Of a DNA stretch of 64,000 bases, positions 50,901-61,028 are shown piece by piece. Origin of the DNA: Phoronis australis (Eukaryota > Animalia > Phoronida); assembly GCA_002633005.1 (NCBI GenBank), contig NMRA01000716.1, forward strand, positions 110,596-174,595, read 5' to 3'. The notes beneath the pieces were generated by a model. The model did not search any database. It saw nothing but the letters and a program-made list of their open reading frames with translations, and was not told where the DNA came from. Made by a program: the position numbers and the translations under genes. How positions within the stretch are numbered: the first letter of the stretch is position 1; each line of letters opens with the position of its first letter.

Positions 50901-53661
50901 GCCATATTCAGACTTAGAATGGGCGATTTTGGTGCAAGATGACTGCAGAGATGTCGAATACTTCAGAAACATGGTTCGGTTGATGCACTTATTCATTTTA
51001 AATGTCGGAGAAACATACCTTAGGACAATGAGCATCAAGTCGCTTAACAACTTGGATAAACCTGGCGGAAATTGGTTTGTTGATGACGTGGTAGCTCGCG
51101 GGATTGAATTTGATAGTGCTCTTCCTTTTGCTTGCAAAACGCCACTCGGTCGACCTGACAGACCCGGAAAACCAGGTTTAGAATTAATCAAGACCCCAGC
51201 AAACATGGCTAAATTATGCGAAGTTAACATGGCTGTAAAAGAGGGTTACATCATCGATCGGGTGTTGACGATTGTGACGAAACTTGATGGAAGTGATTCG
51301 CTTTTTGACAAGTTCAGATCACTGAAAGCACAGTACCAAGATGAAGAAGCTGCACGCAAGAAATATGCTCAAGACATGCGCAGTCTAGCGAAAGAGTTCT
51401 TCCCGGAACTTAGTTTTCATAGCGGGAAGAGAACTCGACATGACATAAAAAGAGAGATGTTCAGGTTGCCGTCTCTGTTCGTCACTCTATTTAAACCATT
51501 ATTTGGTCTATATAGTGACAACACCTGGAATATCATATGTGAGATGAGTTCCAAAGACATTCTGACAACAGAGGGCGGGCACAATTTACTTGTACTCATT
51601 TCCATAACAGCACTTTTAAGGCTGATGATGTATTCCACTAAATCAAGCCAAAATGAACAGTTTGTTTTGTTACAAACGCCAGTGCAAATGCGCCAGTCAG
51701 CAGAGGTTTTATTTGGATACAGTGGACTTCACAAATTAGTAATAAGATATTATTACTCACTACTGCCGTTAGTTGAGTATGTGAATGACACTCCACTATC
51801 AGCCATGCTTAATCGAAGGAAACTAGAACTCACATTTTTTGAAAAAAATTATCTATGTGCGGGTCTCATACAGTTCTACTGCCTTTGTTACGAAAGTGCC
51901 CGGGACAATTTTTTTGCTCAGATTGAATTGGTTTCCACAGAGAAGTCGCTTCCAAACCAGCATCACCCAGAAGACATAGTTGTTCAATACAAGGGCAGGG
52001 ACATTTTCTGTGACCACACAGAAAAGAAAGTATTAAGTTGCCTCTTAATGATTGGCAATACATACAAGGAAGAAGGACAGGCAAAAGACGCGTTAGAATA
52101 CTATTCGAAAGTACTACCTATCATGCGGAAGAACGAAAACGAGGCCTACAACATATTATCACATAAACCAAATTACTTTGAAAACCTTTCTTTCGTGTTA
52201 CAGGTAATTGGGGGACTACACTCTGAGTTGAACCAGCATGAGTTAGCCTTAAAATACCACCAAGAGTCTCTGCGTATGCACAAGAAGATATATGGCAAAC
52301 ATTCAGACCATGTGTGCATTGCGTCTAGTTTGTACCAAATTGGGACAGACCATAGTAAAATGAATCAGCATGAGTTAGCCCTCCAACATTTTGAAGAGTC
52401 GCTGAATATGAAGAAGAGAATTTATGATAAAGTTGACCATCCAGAGATAGCGGGAACACTGAATAACATAGGATGGCAGCACAGTGCTTTGGGCCAGCAC
52501 CAGACAGCTTTAGAATTTCACCAAGACGCCCTGAATATGTTCAAGAGGATCTATGGTAAAGTTGATCATCCAGTTATTACAACTTGTTTGAATAACATTG
52601 GGTTGGAACATGGGTATTTGAAGGAGCATACGTTAGCGTTACAGTATCTCCAAGACTCACTAAGTATGAAGAAGAGGATGTATGGTGAAGATGATGGCCC
52701 AGACATAGCAACGAGTTTGCATCGGATCGCAATGGAGCATTATGAGATTGGCCAGCACGAGTTAGCTTTACAATATCAACAAGACTCACTGAGTATGTGG
52801 AAGAGAGTTAGAGGCGATGTTGACCATCCACACATTGCAGGGGCTTTAAATGCGATTGCAAAGGTGCATAGTGCTCTTGGCCATCACGAGACAGCCTTAC
52901 AATGTTACAAGGACTCAGTAAGTATGAGTAAGAGGATTGATGGGGATGTGGACAGTATAACAATTGCAAGAATGTTGAAAGGCATTGCGATGGACCACTG
53001 TAAGCTGAGACAGAACCAGTTAGCTTTGATATATCTCTTAGACTCACTGGATATGATGAAGAGAATTTATGGTGAAATAGACCACCCTGACATTGGAATT
53101 GTCTTGAATCACATTGCGACCAATTATAGACTTTTGGGTGAGCTCAAATTTGCCTTGCGTTATTTTCAAGACTCAATGACTATGAATATGAGGATTTATG
53201 GTGAGGTCGACCATCCAACCACTGCAAGTGAGTTGAATAACATTGGGTTGCAATATTCTGAAATGGGCAATCATGAAATGGCTGTAAAATATTTGAATGG
53301 GGCACTGAACATGCGCAAGAGGATGCATGGTGACCAGAAAACTATTGATATTGCACTGGTCTTTAATAACTTAGGGTTTTCATACAACGCGTTGGGCCAG
53401 CATAAACTAGCCTTAGAAAACCACCAGGAGGCACTGGGAATGTTCAGGAGAGTTTATGGTGACGTTGATCACCCATGCATCACTCTTAGCTTGAATTGTA
53501 TTGGTAGAGAATATGCTATGATGGGCAAGCATGAGATAGCCTCCCGGTACTTCCAAGAAGCAATGGATATGTACAAAAGGGTTTATGGTGAGCATGCTGA
53601 TCAATTTGATGTAGGACATCTTTTGCTTATGAAGTTGCAACCACTCAGTGAAATGCCATGA
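29924..53661 (+). CDS. Multi-exon chimeric gene: HOP/STIP1-TPR2A + BIR + DUF294-like nucleotidyltransferase + about 12 TPR repeats (about 1640 aa)
   Basis: Modelled exons 29924-30023, 33985-34218, 36314-36426 (uncertain), 37916-38042, 40671-40773, 41220-41340, 42200-42296, 46511-46669, 47181-47356, 48086-48281, 49982-50128, 50300-53661; all have GT/AG sites and compatible phases and join without stops. Confidence 0.7.
30550..31620. repeat. Foldback-like intronic element with tgacccatt arrays on the left and aatgggtca/aggtca arrays on the right
   Basis: Repeated ttgacc(c/t)att motifs at 30590-30980, with the inverse orientation at 31300-31600. Confidence 0.45.
33985..34218 (+). CDS. Low-complexity acidic N-terminal exon of the central gene
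   Basis: tttcag/gtagtt, 234 bp phase 1-1, [14 protein letters not shown]...MDKS. Confidence 0.6.
34950..35490 (+). mobile_element. Gypsy-type gag fossil in intron
   Basis: [35 protein letters not shown] (Gypsy capsid-like) and a decayed zinc knuckle [14 protein letters not shown] near 35448-35490. Confidence 0.65.
37916..42296 (+). CDS. HOP/STIP1 TPR2A-derived module (four exons of 127, 103, 121 and 97 bp)
   Basis: [29 protein letters not shown]...[71 protein letters not shown]...[25 protein letters not shown] aligns colinearly with STIP1 TPR2A and the following linker. Confidence 0.85.
43014..43865 (+). mobile_element. Non-autonomous hAT-like DNA element (copy 2), intronic
   Basis: Same termini and body as 23036-24045; flanked by TGACA on both sides; single N at 43828. 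Confidence 0.8.
44395..44670 (-). mobile_element. Penelope-like element pseudo-LTR / ORF-start fragment (inverted partner at 46279-46495)
   Basis: [32 protein letters not shown] resembles a Penelope N-terminus; preceded by hammerhead-like ttgatgacgagac...gtctcgaaa. Confidence 0.55.
44974..46266. mobile_element. Helentron-associated HINE/DINE-like element spanning the 480-N gap
   Basis: aacaagag start, sub-terminal gcgcccac / gtgggcgca inverted pair, internal repeats (tgccactagagg..ccggtagtc; ccaaatttcatgaa), (acgg)n microsatellite and 3' hairpin ending taaaaa. Confidence 0.6.
46511..47356 (+). CDS. BIR (baculovirus IAP repeat) domain, two exons 46511-46669 and 47181-47356
   Basis: RLDSFKKWP...[10 protein letters not shown]|[37 protein letters not shown]: complete BIR consensus with CX2CX16HX6C zinc ligands. 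Confidence 0.95.
47800..48030. mobile_element. MITE with GGGCCCC termini (Tourist/Harbinger-like)
   Basis: agggccccgttccaagaaaaatgacttag ... cttaagtcagttttttgttaggggccct. Confidence 0.55.
48444..48487 (-). ncRNA. Minimal type I hammerhead ribozyme at the 3' end of a Penelope-like element
   Basis: ACTT-CTGAAGA-T-GGTGT-gttagtaa-ACGCC-GAAAC-AT-GTC-AAGT: stem I, catalytic core, stem II, palindromic stem III and GUC cleavage triplet. Confidence 0.75.
48640..48943 (-). mobile_element. Penelope-like GIY-YIG endonuclease fossil
   Basis: [30 protein letters not shown]...H...C, then [11 protein letters not shown]...LN; interrupted by a stop. Confidence 0.8.
50300..53661 (+). CDS. Terminal exon: DUF294/GlnD-like nucleotidyltransferase, helical domain and about 12 KLC/NPHP3-like TPR repeats
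   Basis: Open frame of more than 1100 codons; [26 protein letters not shown] (pol-beta hGS...DxE), [13 protein letters not shown]; 42-aa repeats HPxIAxxLNNIGxxHxxLGQHxxALxxxQDSLxMxKRIYG; tttcag acceptor at 50299. Confidence 0.9.
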
Positions 53662-53907
53662 AACGTCTTTCCTGAAAACATATTGCCCTCGATTACGTGA
53701 ACGTCGGCACTGCAAACCCGGTATCCCCTAGTGCAACGGCCTCAGATCTCTGTTGTTTATGATGTTTATTAGTGATATCAGGAAGAGATAACCAGCTGGT
53801 TATTGATATTGACAAAGACAACTCACCTGATACCAGGCGTTGGCTTTTAGCACACGACAAACTTATTTACCGTAAGATACTAGCCACACACTGCAACGTG
53901 AAATGAN

Positions 53908-54902
53908 GACTCAGTAAGTATGAGTAAGAGGATTGATGGGGATGTGGACAGTATAACAATTGCAAGAATGTTGAAAGGCATTGCGATGGAACACTGTAAG
54001 CTGAAACAGAACCAGTTAGCTTTGATATATCTCTTAGACTCACTGGATATGATGAAGAGAATTTATGGTGAAATAGACCACCCTGACATCGGAATTGTCT
54101 TGAATCACATTGCGACCAATTATAGACTTTTGGGTGAGCACAAATTTGCCTTACGCTATTTTCAAGACTCAATGACTATGAATGTGAGGATTTATGGTGA
54201 GGTCGACCATCCAACCACTGCAAGTGAGTTGAATAACATTGGGTTGCAATATTCTGAAATGGGCAATCATGAAATGGCTGTAAAATATTTGAATGGGGCA
54301 CTGAACATGCGCAAGAGGATGCATGGTGACCAGAAAACTATTGATATTGCACTGGTCTTTAATAACTTAGGGTTTTCATACAACGCGTTGGGCCAGCATA
54401 AACTAGCCTTAGAAAACCACCAGGAGGCACTGGGAATGTTCAGGAGAGTTTATGGTGACGTTGATCACCCATGCATCACTCTTAGCTTGAATTGTATTGG
54501 TAGAGAATATGCTATGATGGGCAAGCATGAGATAGCCTCCCGGTACTTCCAAGAAGCAATGGATATGTACAAAAGGGTTTATGGTGAGCATGCTGATCAA
54601 TTTGATGTAGGACATCTTTTGCTTATGAAGTTGCAACCACTCAGTGAAATGCCATGAAACGTCTTTCCTGAAAACATATTGCCCTCGATTACGTGAACGT
54701 CGGCACTGCAAACCCGGTATCCCCTAGTGCAACGGCCTCAGATCTCTGTTGTTTATGATGTTTATTAGTGATATCAGGAAGAGATAACCAGCTGGTTATT
54801 GATATTGACAAAGACAACTCACCTGATACCAGGCGTTGGCTTTTAGCACACGACAAACTTATTTACCGTAAGATACTAGCCACACACTGCAACGTGAAAT
54901 GA
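53908..54902 (+). repeat. Near-identical duplicate of 52912-53906 (probable unmerged haplotype overlap)
   Basis: 995-bp copies joined by a single N at 53907; seven substitutions, all in the first 280 bp. Confidence 0.85.
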
Positions 54903-57900
54903 ACGCTCTCGATCATCAATTGTGCCAGTAGATGGAAGGTGTTGCTTAATGCACCGAAGTTCTAGTCTCTATAATTCTGAAACGCAACTTCTACCAGCAT
55001 GCATTTTCAATTCAAAGAACCTCTTTCACGACAATAGGGTATTGGTGCCAAAACGTCACACTCGCAATGTAACATTTGATGTAAAAAACTGTGGTCGCTT
55101 TAAAGGATGCGAAACCCTGTTTTGGTAATTTAATCAATCCTCGTTCTGTCATCTGCTAATGCATCATTGGCGTCCCAATTGTATGACAAAAGCATGAGTC
55201 AACTAAAAACTCATACTCTCTGTTACAGATTAAAAATTCTGGTTCTTGGTTGGTGGTCTTTCCCTACAGTTATGTAACTCGCCCAACGCATAGGTTACGT
55301 TTGCCCGTTTTCAAATTTTGTTCCAAATTTTGGGGATTGTCGAGGATTACAGAACAGTGTTTTGTTTCAGATAACTGGATGTGAAAGTTGTTTTTATTAT
55401 CTGTCAATAGACCAAATCAGGACTTTGGTATCCTTTTAAGCTTGAGCATAAAGTTGGTGCCAATTATACAACGAAAAAATCGCCGAGCGTTTGCTGCACG
55501 GTTCGGGGGACGAAAGTTTTCTGATGAACTACCCTTCGCACTAAGGGAAATTCTGACCATAAGGCTTTCGGAAAAAGGTCCCTCCCTTGCCAACCATGCA
55601 ATAACGCAACATTGTAGTAAACCAGTGGACGCCTCCTTTCGTTACCTTTTGAATACACGAGCGTGAATTGTGCACTCTTCGTTGAGATTGTGAAACACGG
55701 GATTCGGGAAGTTCCTGAATGTGTGTTTTTTTTAAATTTTTGATGTTTTGAATACACGATGACAAGCCTTTGGTCTGCAGCATTATTTCGCCGGTGATAG
55801 ATTTAGCCGTGAATTGTCGATTACATTTGCAATTTTCAGTAACTTAGATTATTGATTGTCTGGCGAGCATGTAAAATTTCACTCTTAACGACTGAAATGC
55901 ATGCAAAAGACAATTTGTAATTAAAACCGTGATTGTCTGTGCATGATTATCATCTACTTCCGCATTCATAAGTGTATTGTTCCAGGGACCAGTGCATAAG
56001 CCACGCGTGTACTAGATTATTAATGCATGTGTACCCAGAACCGATACAACCCCAGTTACACTGTTGTGCTACACGTATTTTGTGAATTTGATTTTGGAAT
56101 TATCTTGAAAGAACTGTCGTGATAACCCATCGAAAGTTAAATAGGGTTTGTTTTTTCAAATGTATATTCAATTCAGTTAAACAATGCACATCGCTTTTTG
56201 TTATAGGCATCACAAGAACCACTTGCTTGTTTCAGTAGTTTAGATCCATAATATTTTTATTTTGTAGTATTTGCATTTGTGTAATTTTCAACAGCCATTT
56301 GAATGTCTTTGCATGTACATTGCAAGTTAATTTTCCCAAACAATGTATATTACTTCTTGTGTTTCCTGCTTGCTTAATTCCTAATCGTTATCACTGCATG
56401 ATGATAAACGCGTTATTCTGTGATTATGAAGGTGAGAGTTTGCAGTGTAGTTTATACTCCACTCCTTGCATCTGACGTGAGCTATTATTGTTCGAAAGTC
56501 TGGAATTCTAATATAGGCTTTTTATGCACCCACTTGTGTCTATGTAGGTGCATCATGTTTCGAAATATTGTGTGTCTTTCCATCGTGTCTTTTGGTCACT
56601 TACTGTAGCATTGTTCTGTTGAATGTGGAACATTGCTCCCAGGGTATGAACGAAACGGAATAAAGATAGTCAACAACGACAAGTGCCGTGTTATATTTTT
56701 GTGTATATTTTTGGACTTCATTTATATTTGTACGTACATTAATGACATACCTGTATGTTCTATTGGTGAATTGCAGAGAATACTAGACATGGTTATTTTT
56801 CTTCATTGAGCTTATTGAGCTTATTGATTAATGTATTTCTACTACAAATATGTAAATTGACATTTGGCCTGATGACAGTAAACCGTTTTAAGACTGCGCA
56901 CGGGTTTAAGCAAGTGAGCCACTAGGTCACGCCGACCGACATCCCAATTCACACTGGTAATGTTTTTACCCGGTAATGTGGAGATGAGTTTCAGACTCGG
57001 AACTTTTTACCTTAAAGATGAGTCAGATGCAAAGTAAGGTTAGACAATTATCAACGTAAGCCTTTGTGTACACAGTACTCGAGCTTAGAATACAATTGTA
57101 ATGGACATTCATACTGACTTCGCACAAAGTAGAACAGAAAATGCCAAAAATAATTTCAAGTTCAATCTCGAGCAAAAAGGTTAAACTCCTGGTCCAGAAG
57201 TATAAAATGGTATTTTTAATATGGCAAGTAAGGCGTTTTCAAGTTTACATTTTATAGACTATGTGGATAAGAATGAAGTATTTTAAAAACGTATTTGCAA
57301 CTGTTTAAAACACACCCATGATTCGTTCACGTGTCAATGGAGAACTGGACATGAAGTCATTCATTTTTTTCTTAAAAAGGTAACACAATTTATGCATGTG
57401 TTAAAATGATAAATTCTCGTCGTTAGTCAACTGGTATCAGTTACTGTCGAATTTCTAAGAAAATTATGAAGCTCCAAATTAAACCAGTACCTTTCTGCGC
57501 GTAAAAGGATATTATTCGCACGCGCACTGAGAATGGACTATTCTACGTGTATAATGGCAACTTTAGACAGAATGCTATACATGTCAACAACATTGCTCTA
57601 ACCACGGCAATTTTTGTACAAAAAACCAAAAAATTGCACTGATGAAAACGAGTTAAAATGCTGACTGTTCAAATGACAAATGCCCATTGCAATCTTGTAA
57701 ATCTCTCAGACTGTGTGTGCCGGTGAGGGACGAATGGCGAAGGAAATTTTCAGCTAATTGACGGAAATCTGAGACTATTTTGAGAAAACAGATTCCCGGC
57801 CAGTAGAAGTCAAAACAAAGGTTTCGAAATTCACTTTCGACTTTGGCAAAAAAGCGTAACAAGTACATGAAATACGTAGCATTTAGCCCTACAGCGTAGC

Positions 57901-58329
57901 ACTACAGAAACGGCAAAACGTTGTAAATTACATAAAAAAATATTGGTTGATATGTACATGTATGGATTATGGATGTTACGTCACGCGTGCGCATGGGCAG
58001 TGGGCTACAGCTACGCGTACATGTAGACAATGCTGTGTGCCAAAGGCCTGAACATTAAATTAATTTTTGATTTTTGTTCAGGTATGCCATTCGTTCTATG
58101 ACTTCGGAAACATCAGTGATACTAACATAATTCATAATTCACGGTTCGCTTCTTGAGTGGACAACCCTAATAATAGACTTTTATTCAAGGAGATAACAAC
58201 CACAAGAGGTGGCTTGGAGTCACTTAGTACTAGAAATTTGTGTGGAGTTCCTTATCCTATACCCTTGTAGTCTTAGATTGGATATAATTCAGTGCGCATA
58301 TTGAAATTAAGTGAGCTTACTAACTATAC

Positions 58330-58472
58330 GTAAATAAAACAACGAAAATGGATCACTGAAATTTTCGGATATGATAACATCCTTCGTCAACAGAAACAGA
58401 AATAAAGTAAAATCAAACACTATATGACAATTATATATAATTTCAGTGATCCATTTTTGTTGTTTTATTTAC
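58330..58472. repeat. Short inverted repeat (about 35-bp arms)
   Basis: taaataaaacaacgaaaatggatcactgaaatt ... aatttcagtgatccatttttgttgttttattta. Confidence 0.7.
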
Positions 58473-58859
58473 ATATATTCATTCTACTTTTCGAAACACT
58501 ATTGTATCCCTTAGAAGATCGGGATGGCCTCTTTTAGTTTCGGCTTTATTTTCTACGTGAGGTTACTGAAATACGTAAATGGAGATAAAGTTCGTGCGAT
58601 TACGTTTAAAGTGAGGCAAAGTCACAAGAAACAATGAAAAACGAATAACAAAAGACTAATGAAAATGTATAGAAACTTCTTGCAGCGCCGTCTCTGAAAA
58701 CATTGTTTTGGTCGATTTCTCAAAATGGTTCCTGAATACCAGCCAGTACGCGGTCCTCAACGACAAACGTTATCACCATAGACTGAAGGAGGTTATGTTA
58801 TTCGGTAAGATCTGGTTTGTGATTTCTGTTTGACCCGATTAGCGCAGCTTGGAATTTAC

Positions 58860-59165
58860 GAGATTTGTTGTAGATCTGACTGTTCAGTGTTCGCAATGAT
58901 ACAACGGCACCATCTTGGATTTCATGTGAATTTGACGGTTAAGTGTACGTTGCAGTCAGAAAACGACGCCATCTTTGATTTGTTGTTGATCCGACAGTTC
59001 AATGTACGCTAGTCATCCAGCATTCCTTCTTTGATTTCTTGTGGATCTGACAGTTCAATGTCTATCACAATCATGCACCATTTGTTGCTGATCTCACAGC
59101 AATGCATGTTACAATCACAAACGGCGCCATTTTTCATTTGCTGTTTATCTGACAGTTCAGTGTAT
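58860..59165 (+). repeat. Degenerate tandem repeat with atctgacagttcaatgt cores
   Basis: Cores at about 58873, 58989, 59045 and 59147, some preceded by gcgccatctttgatttg. Confidence 0.6.
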
Positions 59166-61028
59166 GTTACCATCAGGTAATGGGACAATCTTCGAGTGCA
59201 GTATTGCAGTTTCCTCCCTTTGTTGAACGTTTCGTCGCGATATTTGTCATACTCGGAGCTGTGATGTTCTTTCTTGATAATTAAGTAACTTGCGGGTATT
59301 TTTGATGTAAAATGCAACGCCAAGAAGGGCTTTTTATAAAATGTTATCAGAATATGTATTTTTTCATTCAGAAAAACACTTTGTTCTATGATGCATTCTT
59401 GAATAATCACAGCAAACAAAAAAGTATTTGTAAAACTTATTTATTTACATTGAGTGGAATAGCTAAACACCACAAATCTGCGACTTAAATCAGCTTACAT
59501 GCCGGACAATACATTTAACTCGTAAGACAAAACTGGGAACAAAACTTCGCTTTTTCAACTCCACCTTAACAACGCCACCTGTCCAACATTTCACTTAGTA
59601 CTATTTCCAATGCTCAATCTTTACTAGCAAAAGTCAACAAGCAGCAATGACAACTCGCCACATCACATGCTGTTGGTGAAAATCTCATTTTCAAAACATC
59701 AATTAACAAGCACATTGCACTATTTTAATTGTGCAGCAGACAAAAGGGTAATAGTCACTTACTCCAGTGGCCTGTGCATTTTGTAAATCCGTTTGAAATC
59801 TGTTATCCAGTCAGAAAAATTGGTTCACAACATGTGGGACCCCTGTGTCTATTATCGTAAATCTAACGAGAGTTTGCGTAACTACATGTACCTCACAGTA
59901 TACCCTGACCATGCAGCGCATTACAACTCACACGTGTCCAGCTTCAACACACATGAGCTTTGTGCAAGCCACTTGTACATGTTAATGAGAACACTTTCCG
60001 GATGCCAATCCAATGCGTGCAAGCTGAATGGTTGACTCTAGAGTAGCCTTAAAGAACTGCACAACAAAGAGGTGAACTACAATATAAAACTTAAGTAATT
60101 GGAACAAATACTATTTCCCGCCACAATGACAAATTTTATTTTAGCAAAAATGCTCCATTAGGGCCACAAAATCCTAATTACAGAATGACTTAGCCAACTT
60201 ACTAACTTTCGGTTAATTCTCCTACATTCTGGGTCATGAGGGAAAACTACTGTGATGATGAATTCAGCTGTCGTAATGGGGAATTGTGGGTCGCTTTGCC
60301 TGAATAGTTTTGACTTGCACTGTGCAGCCAGCATGTACATGCCAATCTCAGTGACATAGCTAGGAATGCTTTCGCCAGGGGGCGTAAGATGACATTTGCC
60401 CCTCTTCCCCACATACCCTGCATAAGTCACTGGTCTATGAACATGGCTCAGATTTCTGGTCTAAGACCTTACAGTAAAAAAAATTCAGAACACTTCCAGA
60501 AAGCATTGTCTACAGTACACTACTGGGGAGTAGTCATGGATCTTACACTATAGAACAGTTGAAACATGTCCAGTCTGCGAACACTCAATGCTGCTTTGAC
60601 TGCAAGACTTAGCCTACCAATTTAGATAAAAACGGATGGTTGAGGAGACTTCTAATGTGTGAACAATCGCAATGGTACAGCTGACTGTTATACACCAACT
60701 GTCTAAAACCATACAGAACAAGAGCTGAAATTTGTCCAGTACGAGACTGCTACATGTTGGTTCTGAACATAAGACTGTGGCTACCAATCTAGGATCTTGG
60801 AGAGCATGTGCTTGGAGAGACTTCCTCTAAGCGAACAATTACTGGCGGACAGTTGGCTGTAGACAAGATGTCTTGAAACGGACAATACAGAATAGTTGAA
60901 ATATGTTCAGTTGGTGACAACTTGCTACTGCATCAGAATAAACAACTCTTCCGCTACCGATCAAGGCAGTAAAGTGATTTCCAGTAGGTGAACAATTGCT
61001 GACGAGTTTTGAACTACAACCTGGTCAT

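Noticed and set aside
53920-54657. Separate 245-aa TPR gene
   Set aside because: It is a 99%-identical copy of the end of the upstream gene, starts mid-repeat right after a single N and has no promoter or acceptor; most likely a haplotype overlap artefact
58860-59165. CRISPR-like repeat-spacer pattern
   Set aside because: Repeats are degenerate, spacing is irregular, the spacers resemble each other, there are no cas genes and the DNA is eukaryotic
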